The notes under the pieces: model-generated | What the model was told of the DNA's origin: nothing | Database searches by the model: none | What the model saw: the letters and a program-made list of their open reading frames with translations, nothing else | Part shown: positions 1 through 10,452 of the stretch, in pieces | Numbering within the stretch: position 1 is the stretch's first letter | How the letters are laid out: the number at the start of each line of letters is the position of its first letter | IMG/VR virus record: IMGVR_UViG_3300007512_001547 | Coordinates: 1 to 64,000 of that record | DNA length: 64,000 nt | DNA from: a virus | Strand: one strand, 5' to 3' | Program-made: the position numbers and the translations under genes

Positions 1-27
1 TAACTCGCTAACTTAGGAGGAAAGCAC

Positions 28-480
28 ATGAAAAACAATCTATCTATCTTTAATAACTTAAGACCCATAACAGTAGGGTTTGACAATATGTTTGATCATT
101 TTGAACATATGTTAGACGACGGCGGTTTCTTTAGAAACGGTACTGTTAGTAACTTCCCACCTTACAATATTGAAAAGACTGGAAAAAATTCTTATAATGT
201 AGAACTTGCACTTGCAGGTTTTAATAAAAAGGATATAGAAGTTACATATGAGGATAACCTTTTATCAGTAAAATCTAAAAAAGAAGATACTACTGAACAA
301 ACTGATGCCGATGGTAATATGATTCATAGAGGTATTTCAAAAAGATACTTCGCAAAATCATTTACTATTGCAAACGACGTTGAAATAAAAGGAGCTGAAC
401 TTAAAGATGGTTTACTTGTAATTGCTTTGGAACGAATACTTCCGGAGGCAAAAAAAGCAAAAACTATCGAAATAAAGTAA
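28..480 (+). CDS. Small heat-shock protein Hsp20 (alpha-crystallin family)
   Basis: FPPYNIEK, ELALAGF, GAELKDGLLVIALER motifs; AGGAGG RBS upstream. Confidence 0.95.
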   Translation: MKNNLSIFNNLRPITVGFDNMFDHFEHMLDDGGFFRNGTVSNFPPYNIEKTGKNSYNVELALAGFNKKDIEVTYEDNLLSVKSKKEDTTEQTDADGNMIHRGISKRYFAKSFTIANDVEIKGAELKDGLLVIALERILPEAKKAKTIEIK

Positions 481-490
481 GCAATATGAT

Positions 491-515
491 AGGTAGGGTG
501 GTAATCACCCTACTT
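491..515 (+). terminator. Stem-loop after hsp20, probable intrinsic terminator
   Basis: GTAGGGTG-gtaat-CACCCTAC perfect 8-bp stem; short T tract. Confidence 0.6.
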
Positions 516-520
516 GTCAA

Positions 521-548
521 TAGACAAATTTAAAAAATGTGTTATAAT
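521..548 (+). promoter_or_regulatory. Sigma70-type promoter upstream of dnaK
   Basis: TAGACA-16 nt-TATAAT followed by AGGAG RBS. Confidence 0.6.
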
Positions 549-564
549 AAGGAGATAAAACATT

Positions 565-2454
565 ATGAGTAAAATTATAGGAATAGACTTAGGTACTACA
601 AATTCATGCGTATCATTAATGGAAGGTACACAGGCAAAAGTATTAGAAAATGCAGAAGGCAAAAGAACAACACCTTCAATAGTAGCATTTGGAGATGAGA
701 AATTAGTTGGAGAACCTGCTAAAAGACAAGCGGTTTCAAATCCAGCAAATACAATATTCGCGGCTAAAAGATTAATTGGAAGAAAATTTGATGGAGATTC
801 TGTACAAAAAGATGTACAAACATCACCTTTTAAAATAGTAAAAGCAGATAATGGAGATGCTTGGATTGAAGCAAAAGGTAAAAAATATTCACCAGCACAG
901 ATCTCAGGTTTCGTTTTACAAAAAATGAAAGAAACTGCTGAAAAATATTTAGGACAAGAAGTTAAAAAAGCTGTAATAACAGTACCAGCATACTTTAATG
1001 ACTCACAAAGACAAGCAACAAAAGACGCAGGTAAAATTGCAGGACTTGAAGTTGAACGTATTGTAAACGAACCAACTGCGGCGGCACTTGCATATGGTTT
1101 AGATAAAAAGAAATCAGGCACAGTTGCAGTGTACGACCTAGGTGGTGGTACATTTGATATATCTATATTAGAAATAGGCGACGGAGTATTTGAAGTTAAA
1201 TCTACAAATGGTGATACATCATTAGGTGGAGAAGATTTTGATAATGTTCTAGTTGATTATCTTTGTAGTGAATTTAAAAAAGATACTGGTATAGACATAA
1301 AAACAGACAATTTAGCACTTCAAAGAATTAAAGAAGCGGCAGAAAAAGCTAAATGTGAATTATCATCAGCATTACAAACAGATATTAATTTACCATTTCT
1401 TACTGCTGATAAAACTGGACCAAAACACTTAAACATTAAACTTACAAGAGCAAAATTTGAATCATTAACAGAATCATTAATTAGAAAAACATTTGCTCCT
1501 TGTAAAACAGCATTAAAAGATTCAGGAATTAGTAAAGACAAAATAGATGAAGTTATCCTTGTAGGAGGTATGACTCGTATGCCAAAAGTATTAGAAACAG
1601 TTAAAAGTTTCTTTGGCAAAGAACCACACACAGGAGTTAATCCAGACGAAGTTGTAGCAATTGGAGCCGCAATACAGGGTGGAGTATTACAAGGTGACGT
1701 TAAAGATGTATTACTTTTAGATGTAACACCTTTATCACTTGGTATTGAAACACTTGGTGGTGTTGCTACTAAACTTATTGAAAAGAATACAACAATACCT
1801 ACAAAGAAAAGTCAAGTATTTTCAACTGCTGAAAACAATCAAGCGGCAGTTACAATTAGAGTTGTACAGGGTGAAAGAGAAATGGCTACTGACAATAAAC
1901 AACTTGGAAACTTTAACTTAGAAGGCATTCCACCAGCACCAAGAGGTGTACCTCAAATTGAAGTAACATTTGATATAGATGCAAATGGTATTGTAAATGT
2001 GTCTGCAAAAGATAAAGGCACAGGTAAAGAACAAAAAATTACAATACAAGCATCAGGTGGATTAAGTGAAGCCGATATTGAAAAAATGGTTAAAGATGCT
2101 GAAGCAAACAAAGAAGCAGACAAAAAGAAAAGAGAAGAGGTTGATGCTAGAAATCATGCTGACACACTTGCTGACTCTACAGAAAAATCACTTAAAGAAC
2201 ACGGTGACAAAGTTTCTGTAGAAGATAAAACAAAAATAGAAACTAGCCTAGCTGATTTAAAAGAAGCACTTAAAGGTAATGACGTTGAATCTATAAAAAG
2301 TAAAACAGGTGCCCTTACCGAAGCATCAATGAAACTAGGTGAAGCAATCTATAAAACTCAACAAGAACAAGCAAAACCAGAAGCAACTGAGAGTACATCA
2401 GGCGGTGAAAAAGAAGACGTTGTTGATGCAGATTTTGAAGAAGTTAAAAAATAA
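565..2454 (+). CDS. dnaK: Chaperone DnaK (Hsp70)
   Basis: [27 protein letters not shown], full-length 629 aa ending DADFEEVKK. Confidence 0.99.
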   Translation: MSKIIGIDLGTTNSCVSLMEGTQAKVLENAEGKRTTPSIVAFGDEKLVGEPAKRQAVSNPANTIFAAKRLIGRKFDGDSVQKDVQTSPFKIVKADNGDAWIEAKGKKYSPAQISGFVLQKMKETAEKYLGQEVKKAVITVPAYFNDSQRQATKDAGKIAGLEVERIVNEPTAAALAYGLDKKKSGTVAVYDLGGGTFDISILEIGDGVFEVKSTNGDTSLGGEDFDNVLVDYLCSEFKKDTGIDIKTDNLALQRIKEAAEKAKCELSSALQTDINLPFLTADKTGPKHLNIKLTRAKFESLTESLIRKTFAPCKTALKDSGISKDKIDEVILVGGMTRMPKVLETVKSFFGKEPHTGVNPDEVVAIGAAIQGGVLQGDVKDVLLLDVTPLSLGIETLGGVATKLIEKNTTIPTKKSQVFSTAENNQAAVTIRVVQGEREMATDNKQLGNFNLEGIPPAPRGVPQIEVTFDIDANGIVNVSAKDKGTGKEQKITIQASGGLSEADIEKMVKDAEANKEADKKKREEVDARNHADTLADSTEKSLKEHGDKVSVEDKTKIETSLADLKEALKGNDVESIKSKTGALTEASMKLGEAIYKTQQEQAKPEATESTSGGEKEDVVDADFEEVKK

Positions 2455-2517
2455 CCAATAAATATGTATAATATAGACAATGTCAAATTTAAAAAGTAAA
2501 CAAAACAAAGAGTTAAG

Positions 2518-2817
2518 ATGGCAACAAATATACAAACACTAACCAAAGAAAAAACTAAACTTGATGAACCAAGTTTATACGATGTTATTTTTTTAAATGA
2601 TAATATTACTACGCAGGAATTTGTAGTTAGGGTTTTAAAACAAATTTTTAATAAATCACAAGAACAAGCAGAAGCAATTATGAAAAAAATACATAATGAC
2701 GGACAAGGTACTGTAGGTTCTTATGTCCACGAAGTTGCAGAACAAAAAGGCATTGAGACTACTTTACTTGCACGGCAAGAAGGAATGCCACTGCAAATAA
2801 AAGTTAAGAGACAATGA
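2518..2817 (+). CDS. clpS: Clp protease adaptor ClpS
   Basis: YDVIFLND...EFVVRVL..IF...IH..G.G.VG.Y..EVAEQK pattern. Confidence 0.93.
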   Translation: MATNIQTLTKEKTKLDEPSLYDVIFLNDNITTQEFVVRVLKQIFNKSQEQAEAIMKKIHNDGQGTVGSYVHEVAEQKGIETTLLARQEGMPLQIKVKRQ

Positions 2818-3158
2818 ACCTAAAAGATTTTGTATTAGAAAATCAAAAAATAATTGAATTAGTTAAAGACAGAGTTGGTGGGCACGATGTTGTTGATACA
2901 TATTACGGCACACTTGATTATGCTACTGCAAGATTTAATACAATACTAATAAAACTTTCACAAGACAAAATAAAAGAAGTAGAACATACAACAGAAGTGT
3001 TAGAATGTTTTGATGCAATACAAGACTTCTATAATAATGTCCAACGATATCGTTTTTGGCCAAAAATTGCACGTCCATTTATTAGATTAAACTTATACGG
3101 TATTGGCACAAGACGTATTCCTAAAATAAAAAACCTATTAGATAAACTCGATAATTAA
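2814..3158 (+). CDS. Hypothetical protein
   Basis: 114-aa ORF coupled (ATGA) to clpS. Confidence 0.7.
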   Translation: MNLKDFVLENQKIIELVKDRVGGHDVVDTYYGTLDYATARFNTILIKLSQDKIKEVEHTTEVLECFDAIQDFYNNVQRYRFWPKIARPFIRLNLYGIGTRRIPKIKNLLDKLDN

Positions 3159-3162
3159 CAGT

Positions 3163-3363
3163 ATGATCAAGAACTGGTTATTCTGGGCAATACCTGAACA
3201 ATATGCGATGAGGTATATGGTAACTTTATGGTTTATAATGTTTATTCTTCCTACATTTGTTCTTGGAGTACAATTTACAAGATTAGGATTTGTTATAAAT
3301 TTATTATGGTATGATATTATATGGTACGGATGGATTAAATCCAAAGAAAGGAACGACAGATGA
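3163..3363 (+). CDS. Small hypothetical membrane protein
   Basis: Two hydrophobic Trp-rich segments; coupled to next gene. Confidence 0.65.
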   Translation: MIKNWLFWAIPEQYAMRYMVTLWFIMFILPTFVLGVQFTRLGFVINLLWYDIIWYGWIKSKERNDR

Positions 3364-3584
3364 AAGCAATAGTATGGAGCAATATCGGATGTCATTTTTG
3401 TGAACAAGCAAAAACATTATTAAAACAAAAAGGAATCGAATACGAAGAACGAAATTTAGCAAAGGACTGGAAAATACAAGATTTATTAGAAGCAGTACCA
3501 AATGCTAGAACTGTTCCACAAATATTCATTGACGACAAGTATATTGGTAGCTACGATAAACTGGTAGAATATTTAAAAAAATAA
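3360..3584 (+). CDS. Glutaredoxin
   Basis: CHFC active site, TVPQIFI, IGSY. Confidence 0.93.
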   Translation: MKAIVWSNIGCHFCEQAKTLLKQKGIEYEERNLAKDWKIQDLLEAVPNARTVPQIFIDDKYIGSYDKLVEYLKK

Positions 3585-4918
3585 TGCACTTTGACTTTCC
3601 TATTGAAAAAATTAATTTTGACTTTGAAAAGCAAGGAAATTGTAATTTAAAAATTTATTGGAATGATCATGAAGTTAAAAATAATGTTATATGTGATTCT
3701 GATATAAAAGACAAAAATATATTAAAAGTTATTTTTACTAAAAACGATCCTACAGATACTAATTCGTTTGCAAAATTAAAAAGTTTTAAAATTAATAATG
3801 GAGATTTTACTACTTGGTTTTGTAAATTTGATTATAAAATTGATCAAACGCACCATAAAGATTCTAGAGAATTAATTGTTAATAACGGATATTTTGGTTA
3901 TATAGGTAGTATGAAAATTAATATTAACCAATGTAATAGTCTTTTGAAAAAAGCGGCATGGACAATTGCAGATAGAAATTTTCTAAACCCAAAAGAACGT
4001 GGAAGAGGCAATTTATATCGTGAAAAAACATTTAATACTGTATATGATGATGCAAGATGGATGTATACCGGATCATGGCCTCCAAATGTAAAAGAAATGA
4101 TCGATTATGTTGATCAATTTACAATAAAACAAACAAAACTACCAGTTATTTTTGAATCATTTAGAAAAGAAACAGAAACATGGTTAACAAAATCAAATAG
4201 AGTAAAACTAAAAAACTTTGATAACTTTGATCATTTTTGCTTTGACAAAGGTATTTTAACTTTTATTAATAGTTTTTTATTAAGATATAACGTAATTTAT
4301 AAACCACCAAAAATATATCAATTTGTAGGAGAAATATCAGAAAATAAAAACATAATTTATAAGGATATTTTTGGTGAGATTGAAAAGAACTCTACAGTTT
4401 ATTTAGAATTTCCAAGTCCGTGGTATGATAATAATAAACTTCTTGAAATTATAAAAGAAGCAAAAAGTAAAAATTGTTATACTGTTGTTGATTTAATTTG
4501 GTGCCCGGTTGCTCAAAATAAAATAGATTTAGACCTTGATTTATTTGATGAAGTATGGTTTAGTATGAATAAAACGTGGCCAATAAGCCATTTACGTCCA
4601 GCAATTAGATGGTCAAAAAAACGTATTAATGATATTTCTACTTTTATTAATAAATGGGGATATTATCCAAAAGTTGAAGCAAACATATTTTTAAATTTAA
4701 TTAAAAAATACAGTTATGATTTTATATTTGAAAAATATAAAGAAGATGCAAAAAGTATTTGTAAAACTTTTAATTTAAAACCAACTGAAGTATTATGGTT
4801 TACAAAACATGAATCAGCACAACATAAAGAAAACAATTATATTACAAAACATTTCTTTTTAGATGATTTTATTTGTATAAGAAAATTATTAGAACACAAA
4901 GGAGAATATTTCTGGTAG
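3584..4918 (+). CDS. Two-domain protein: N-terminal phage beta-rich domain plus C-terminal PLP-dependent transferase-like domain
   Basis: VVDLIW and FSMNKTW...RPAIR resemble the fold-type-I Asp and S-x-S-K/R motifs. Confidence 0.55.
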   Translation: MHFDFPIEKINFDFEKQGNCNLKIYWNDHEVKNNVICDSDIKDKNILKVIFTKNDPTDTNSFAKLKSFKINNGDFTTWFCKFDYKIDQTHHKDSRELIVNNGYFGYIGSMKININQCNSLLKKAAWTIADRNFLNPKERGRGNLYREKTFNTVYDDARWMYTGSWPPNVKEMIDYVDQFTIKQTKLPVIFESFRKETETWLTKSNRVKLKNFDNFDHFCFDKGILTFINSFLLRYNVIYKPPKIYQFVGEISENKNIIYKDIFGEIEKNSTVYLEFPSPWYDNNKLLEIIKEAKSKNCYTVVDLIWCPVAQNKIDLDLDLFDEVWFSMNKTWPISHLRPAIRWSKKRINDISTFINKWGYYPKVEANIFLNLIKKYSYDFIFEKYKEDAKSICKTFNLKPTEVLWFTKHESAQHKENNYITKHFFLDDFICIRKLLEHKGEYFW

Positions 4919-4947
4919 TTGACAACAACTAATAACTATTATAAAAT
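4919..4947 (+). promoter_or_regulatory. Sigma70-type promoter for thyX
   Basis: TTGACA-17 nt-TAAAAT, 7 nt before ATG. Confidence 0.7.
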
Positions 4948-4954
4948 TAGATAA

Positions 4955-5590
4955 ATGAAAATTGAACTAATAGATACAATGGGTACAGACTTAACAGTGG
5001 TAAATGCCGCTAGGGTTTCTTACGCAAAAACTAAAGAACAGTTTGAAGATAACGATGAAAAGTTAATTGCATTTTTGGCAAAACATAACCACTGGTCTCC
5101 GTTTGCACATACATCATTACAATTTAGAATTAAAGCACCTGTGTTTGTTGCAAGACAATTAGTTAAACACCAAGTTGGATTAAGTTGGAACGAAGTTAGC
5201 AGACGTTATGTAGACTTTCCACCTGAAGTATACAAACCAGAATCATGGAGAGGACGTCCTATTGATTCTAAACAAGGATCTGCAGGCACAGTAGATTTAG
5301 GACATACTGTTAATCATAACTTAGAAACAGTAACAGAAAGTTGTTTAATACTTTATAACACATTGATTGATAAAGGTGTTGCACCAGAACAAGCAAGAAT
5401 GGTATTACCGCAATCAATGATGACTGAATGGTATTGGTCAGGAACGTTATATGCTTTTGCTAGAGTATGCAACTTAAGGTGTGCTAAAGACACACAAAAA
5501 GAAACACAAGACGTCGCGAATGCAATTGCGACGCATTGTAGCAAGGAATTTCCAATTAGTTGGAAGTACTTAATTGACAAACATACATAA
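4955..5590 (+). CDS. thyX: Flavin-dependent thymidylate synthase
   Basis: VNAARVS, HWSPF, FVARQLVKHQVGLSWNEVSRRY, EQARMVLP. Confidence 0.97.
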   Translation: MKIELIDTMGTDLTVVNAARVSYAKTKEQFEDNDEKLIAFLAKHNHWSPFAHTSLQFRIKAPVFVARQLVKHQVGLSWNEVSRRYVDFPPEVYKPESWRGRPIDSKQGSAGTVDLGHTVNHNLETVTESCLILYNTLIDKGVAPEQARMVLPQSMMTEWYWSGTLYAFARVCNLRCAKDTQKETQDVANAIATHCSKEFPISWKYLIDKHT

Positions 5591-5601
5591 TAGTATATAA
5601 T
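5574..5601 (+). promoter_or_regulatory. Sigma70-type promoter for the suf cluster
   Basis: TTGACA-16 nt-TATAAT, 8 nt before ATG at 5610. Confidence 0.65.
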
Positions 5602-5609
5602 ATACACAA

Positions 5610-5816
5610 ATGATAAAAGAAGCACTTATAAAAAAACTAGAAGGCGATATTGCTAAAATAGAAGCTAACATTGTAACTTACCTAAGCAATCCTATTTCTG
5701 TAGTAGCAGATCATATTGATTATATTACTCCTATTGAAAAGGAATTAGAAAAGTTATCTGCGGCGAAAGGTAAATTAGTATCTTTAAAAAATATTAAATT
5801 TAAGTTAGATGAATGA
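5610..5816 (+). CDS. Hypothetical helical protein
   Basis: 68-aa ORF between promoter and sufB. Confidence 0.7.
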   Translation: MIKEALIKKLEGDIAKIEANIVTYLSNPISVVADHIDYITPIEKELEKLSAAKGKLVSLKNIKFKLDE

Positions 5817-7239
5817 TGTACTTCAAGACCGACTTAACAAAAAATATGATGCTGGGTTTACAACAAACGTTGAATCAGTAACATTACCTCCAGGCCTTAA
5901 CGAAGACATAGTAACACAAATCTCAAAAATTAAAAAAGAACCTAAATGGTTGCTTGAATTTAGATTAAAAGCATACCAACGATGGAAAATTTTAAAACAG
6001 CCTGATTGGGCAAATCTTAATATTAAACCTATAGACTATCAAGCAATATCATATTACTCAGCACCAAAGCCAGGTCCTAAATCATATGATGATGTAGATC
6101 CTGAAATTAAAAAAGACTTTGAAAAGTTAGGCATACCATTAGCAGAAAGAGCCGCACTAGCAGGTGTAGCCGTTGATGCAGTATTTGATTCTGTATCTAT
6201 TGCAACTACATTCAAAGATAAGTTAGCAGAACTAGGAATTATATTTTGTTCATTCTCAGAAGCAGTACAAAAACATCCTGATCTAGTAAAAAAATATATG
6301 GGCTCTGTTATTCCAATTACAGACAATTATTTTGCAACATTAAATTCTGCTGTCTTTACAGATGGAACTTTTGTTTATGTTCCTAAAGGAGTAAGATGTC
6401 CTATGGAACTATCTACATACTTTAGAATCAATGCGGCTAACACAGGACAATTTGAACGGACTTTAATTATAGCTGACGAAGGAAGTTATGTAAGTTATTT
6501 AGAAGGCTGTACTGCACCAATAAGAAAAGAAAGTCAATTACACGCCGCCAACGTAGAACTTGTAGCATTAGATGATGCAGAAATAAAATATTCAACAGTA
6601 CAAAATTGGTACCCAGGAGATAAAGATGGCAAAGGCGGCATATACAATTTTGTAACTAAACGTGGAAAATGTAAAGGAACAAACTCAAAAATTTCTTGGA
6701 CACAAGTAGAAACAGGATCAGCTATTACTTGGAAGTATCCAAGTTGTATATTACAAGGAGATAATTCTACTGGTGAATTTTATTCTGTTGCTGTAACAAA
6801 CAATTATCAACAAGCAGATACAGGTACTAAAATGATACACCTAGGCAAAAATACAAAATCAACTATTGTATCTAAAGGAATTTCGTTAGGACACTCATCA
6901 AATACATATAGAGGTTTAGTAAAAATTAATAAAAATGCTGACAATTCAAAAAACTTTACTCAATGCGATTCATTAATGCTAGGTAATAATTGTTCTGCTA
7001 GAACTATACCATATATTGAAAATAAAAATGTATCTAGTAATTGCAGTCACGAAGCAACTACATCCAAAATTAATGATGAACAATTATTTTATGCAAGGCA
7101 ACGTGGACTAGACGAAGAAAATGCTACTAATTTAATTGTAGCAGGATTCTGTAAACAAGTATTTCAAAACTTACCTATGGAGTTTGCAGTAGAAGCCAAT
7201 AAACTATTAGAAGTTAGTATGGAAGGAGCAGTTGGATAA
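5809..7239 (+). CDS. sufB: Fe-S cluster scaffold SufB
   Basis: [34 protein letters not shown] motifs; full length. Confidence 0.98.
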   Translation: MNDVLQDRLNKKYDAGFTTNVESVTLPPGLNEDIVTQISKIKKEPKWLLEFRLKAYQRWKILKQPDWANLNIKPIDYQAISYYSAPKPGPKSYDDVDPEIKKDFEKLGIPLAERAALAGVAVDAVFDSVSIATTFKDKLAELGIIFCSFSEAVQKHPDLVKKYMGSVIPITDNYFATLNSAVFTDGTFVYVPKGVRCPMELSTYFRINAANTGQFERTLIIADEGSYVSYLEGCTAPIRKESQLHAANVELVALDDAEIKYSTVQNWYPGDKDGKGGIYNFVTKRGKCKGTNSKISWTQVETGSAITWKYPSCILQGDNSTGEFYSVAVTNNYQQADTGTKMIHLGKNTKSTIVSKGISLGHSSNTYRGLVKINKNADNSKNFTQCDSLMLGNNCSARTIPYIENKNVSSNCSHEATTSKINDEQLFYARQRGLDEENATNLIVAGFCKQVFQNLPMEFAVEANKLLEVSMEGAVG

Positions 7240-7667
7240 TGGCAAATAGATTTCATTTAGCAATACCGGCTGGAGATATAGATACGTCAATAAAATTTTA
7301 TTGTGACATATTAGGCTGTAAAAGAGGTATGGCAGAATTTAAGTATCCAGATGCTTGGGCAGACATTGACTTTTGGGGCAACGAATTAACACTACACGCA
7401 ACAGATCCTAACAAAAAAAATATAGGTGAAAGACACAATGTAGATATGGGTAATGTATCTGTTCCTCACTTTGGTGTGCATTTAGACGCACAAACATTTA
7501 AAAATGTAAAAGAAAGACTAATACAAAATAATATAAAATTTATAGATCCACCTTTTATAAGATTTAAAGGTGAAAGCAGAGAACAGGAAACAATGTTTAT
7601 CGAAGACCCAAATGGCAACTGCTTAGAAATTAAAACAATGAGGAATCCTGATGAATTATTCAAATAA
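7239..7667 (+). CDS. VOC/glyoxalase family protein
   Basis: FHLAIP, DFWGNELTLH, VPHFGV, FIEDPNGNCLEIK (H/E/H/E metal ligands). Confidence 0.9.
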   Translation: MANRFHLAIPAGDIDTSIKFYCDILGCKRGMAEFKYPDAWADIDFWGNELTLHATDPNKKNIGERHNVDMGNVSVPHFGVHLDAQTFKNVKERLIQNNIKFIDPPFIRFKGESREQETMFIEDPNGNCLEIKTMRNPDELFK

Positions 7668-8058
7668 ACTTACAGAATATAAAAATAATATCGAAGCCTT
7701 ACAAGAAATCGATAATTTAGAAGTTTATAGATGGTTAATTTCACTTGGTGCAAAGTTAGACGATGATCCTTTAAGTGAAGAAAAACGTATTGACAAAAAT
7801 AAAGTTAGTCGTTGTCAATTTGACTTATACGTTGATTTTGAAGATGGCAAATTTAAAGCATGGAGTAATGCCGCAATAGCAGGTGGCTATGCTTATATAT
7901 TGTTAGATATTTTTAATTCACTACCTCCAACAACAAAAATTACAGTAGAAGATTTTCAACAAATTAAACTAGACAAACTATTAACAATGAATAGAACAAC
8001 CGGCTTCTATCAAATGATTGAAATGATTATAAAGAAAATACAAAATGCTAAAAATTAA
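7651..8058 (+). CDS. sufE: SufE-like sulfur acceptor
   Basis: Y..LI.LG, KVSRCQ (conserved Cys), S.A.I..G, LTMNR..GF. Confidence 0.8.
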   Translation: MNYSNKLTEYKNNIEALQEIDNLEVYRWLISLGAKLDDDPLSEEKRIDKNKVSRCQFDLYVDFEDGKFKAWSNAAIAGGYAYILLDIFNSLPPTTKITVEDFQQIKLDKLLTMNRTTGFYQMIEMIIKKIQNAKN

Positions 8059-8782
8059 AAATTTAAAAGTATCAATTAATAATAAAGAAATAATAAAAGA
8101 TTTAAATCTTGAAATTAAACAAGGCGAGATTCATGCCCTCATGGGTCCAAACGGTTCTGGCAAAAGTACTTTGTCTAATGTTTTAGCTGGAAAAGATGGC
8201 TATAATGTTACAGGAGAGATACTTTACAAAGGAGAAGATCTTTTAAAAATGTCAATAGAAGAAAGAGCAAGAAAAGGATTGTTTATGGCTTTTCAATATC
8301 CTATAGAAATTCCTGGTGTTAATACAATTAATTTTTTAAAAAGTTCTTTAAATGTGGTTCGAAAATCTAATAAAAAAGAAGCAATAGATACTTTTGAATT
8401 TTTAGATTTAGTAAAAGAAAAAGCTAAAGCTCTTAATGTTAATGGTTCTATACTTAATAGACATCTAAACGTAGGGTTCTCGGGTGGAGAAAAAAAGAAA
8501 AATGAAATATTACAAATGTCTGTTTTAGAACCTATGTTTGCTATTTTGGACGAAACAGATTCTGGATTAGACATTGATTCTTTAAAAATAATTTCTAATG
8601 GTATTAATTCTTTAAGAAGTATATGTAGATCTTTTTTAATTATTACACACTATCAACGTTTATTAGAACACATTAAACCAGACTTTGTTCACGTACTTGC
8701 AGATGGAAAAATAATCAAAACTGGTTGCAGTGAATTAGCTGAAGAATTAGACAAAGTAGGATATGGAGATAAAAATAGTTAG
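8045..8782 (+). CDS. sufC: Fe-S assembly ATPase SufC
   Basis: GPNGSGKS, FQYPIEIPGV, GFSGGEKKK, ILDETDSGLDID, ITHYQRLL. Confidence 0.98.
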   Translation: MLKIKNLKVSINNKEIIKDLNLEIKQGEIHALMGPNGSGKSTLSNVLAGKDGYNVTGEILYKGEDLLKMSIEERARKGLFMAFQYPIEIPGVNTINFLKSSLNVVRKSNKKEAIDTFEFLDLVKEKAKALNVNGSILNRHLNVGFSGGEKKKNEILQMSVLEPMFAILDETDSGLDIDSLKIISNGINSLRSICRSFLIITHYQRLLEHIKPDFVHVLADGKIIKTGCSELAEELDKVGYGDKNS

Positions 8783-10436
8783 AATAGTTCTAATATTATT
8801 CTTTGCATGGATTACTACGATTCAAGCAGAGATTGTAACAATAGAAAAACGTGGTGTTGCAGATGATATTATAACTTGTGAATGGGAAAACCAAGCAGGT
8901 GTTCCTTGTGTTACAATTAGCAAATCATTACCCAATTCAAATGCAATATCAGATAAAGTTTCTCCCACAACTGTAATCACTAAAAAACAAATTGAAGAAA
9001 ATAATTTAATTGACTTACCTAAAGTTTTAAATTTTGTTAATGGTATCAATGTAACACAATCTGGATCAACTGGACAACAAACGTCTGTGTTTATGAGAGG
9101 TACAAACTCAAACCATACATTAGTTTTATTAAATGGCATACCTATTAATGATTTTTCTACTCCAACAGGAGCATTTGACTTTGGACAAGACTTTATGTCT
9201 ACTGTTACGCAAGTTGAAGTTTATAAAGGAAGTGCTGGTGCTCACTTCGGTGCTGATGCTATTGGTGGTGCTATTAATTTTGTAACTACTGTTGACTATG
9301 AAAACAAATTTTCAGTTGGTGGCAATGGTGACAGTAAAACTATACAAGGAAATTACACAAAAGTTTTAAACGACTGGCATATAAACGTACAAGGTGGAAC
9401 ACACGAATCTGAAACAGTATCAGCATTATCAGGTGGTGCTGAAACAGATGGAACTAAAAATAAATCAATTGGCGTTAATATTATAAAATGGTTTTCAGAC
9501 AAATTAAAATTTAGATCTAGTTTGTTTACACGAAACACATTTACAGAGTTAGATGGACATTCGTTGGCTATTGAAAATGGATTTAGCGATAATTCGTTTT
9601 ATGCTTTTCAAACCGGATTTGATTATATAACTAAAGACTCCATCAACTCCCTAACACTTCATACACACGAATACGATAGAGAATATGAGTCTGACAATTA
9701 CAATTCTAAATCTTATACTATCAGAACAGAACACCAAACTAAAAAGTATGGATTAGGATTTGATTACAAATACGATCAATCACTAACTGCTGATAATGAT
9801 AATGTTGGCTTATTTGGAAATTTTAATTACAACATTTTTTCATTTCATGCAAGAAAAGATAATGACAACGATAGTTATAAAGTAGGATTTTTTAAAGAGA
9901 TAGCACCTAACTTTAATATTAGAGGTAACCATTCAACAGGATATAAAAATACAACTCTTTATACACTAGAAGAACAAAGTAATTCAAACGAATTAAGTTT
10001 TGATTATAATGATTTGACATTATCTCTTTTTCAATCTGATATTGGTGATTTAAACACAGATGGCGTAGAACTATCTTATAATATTGACAACTTTACAATA
10101 TATGGATCACATTTAAACAGTAAGAAAAATGATACAATTCAATTAAGACGTCCTGAATGGATTCTTGGTGTTAATCATAATACACTATTACCTGACAATT
10201 TCCAATTAATTACAAATTACAAATTTGTAGGAGAGCATCTAGACGTACATAATTCCAATTGGTCTACTATTCCTATGCCAGAAACACACTTATTAGACAT
10301 AGGTATAACAAAAAACTATTGGGGTTACGAGTTAGGTTTAAATATTAATAACATATTAGATGAAGATTATGAAGCACCACATGGTTTTAGTCAAAATGGT
10401 CGAAACCTTAATTTTATCTTTAAAAGAAAATTCTAA
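8763..10436 (+). CDS. TonB-dependent outer-membrane receptor, BtuB-like plug
   Basis: Signal peptide; plug motif FMRGTNSNHTLVLLNG, VEVYKG..GA..GADAIGGAIN; C-terminal Phe; NNILDEDYE...GRN. Confidence 0.9.
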   Translation: MEIKIVRIVLILFFAWITTIQAEIVTIEKRGVADDIITCEWENQAGVPCVTISKSLPNSNAISDKVSPTTVITKKQIEENNLIDLPKVLNFVNGINVTQSGSTGQQTSVFMRGTNSNHTLVLLNGIPINDFSTPTGAFDFGQDFMSTVTQVEVYKGSAGAHFGADAIGGAINFVTTVDYENKFSVGGNGDSKTIQGNYTKVLNDWHINVQGGTHESETVSALSGGAETDGTKNKSIGVNIIKWFSDKLKFRSSLFTRNTFTELDGHSLAIENGFSDNSFYAFQTGFDYITKDSINSLTLHTHEYDREYESDNYNSKSYTIRTEHQTKKYGLGFDYKYDQSLTADNDNVGLFGNFNYNIFSFHARKDNDNDSYKVGFFKEIAPNFNIRGNHSTGYKNTTLYTLEEQSNSNELSFDYNDLTLSLFQSDIGDLNTDGVELSYNIDNFTIYGSHLNSKKNDTIQLRRPEWILGVNHNTLLPDNFQLITNYKFVGEHLDVHNSNWSTIPMPETHLLDIGITKNYWGYELGLNINNILDEDYEAPHGFSQNGRNLNFIFKRKF

Positions 10437-10452
10437 TCTGTTATAATATAGT

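Noticed and set aside
513-528. Imperfect palindrome TTGTC-AATA-GACAA over the dnaK -35 box, and GACA-A-TGTC at 2476-2484
   Set aside because: Short, differently oriented, explained by -35-like hexamers in AT-rich DNA; not CIRCE-like
510-2546. Minus-strand and alternate-frame ORFs over dnaK, and similar ones over sufB, sufC, clpA and the fibre genes
   Set aside because: Fully overlap well-conserved plus-strand genes; typical shadow ORFs
8045-8782. SufC as the missing ATPase of the reduced T1SS
   Set aside because: It has SufC-specific motifs, lies in the suf operon with SufB/D partners, and the TMD appears to lack the coupling loop
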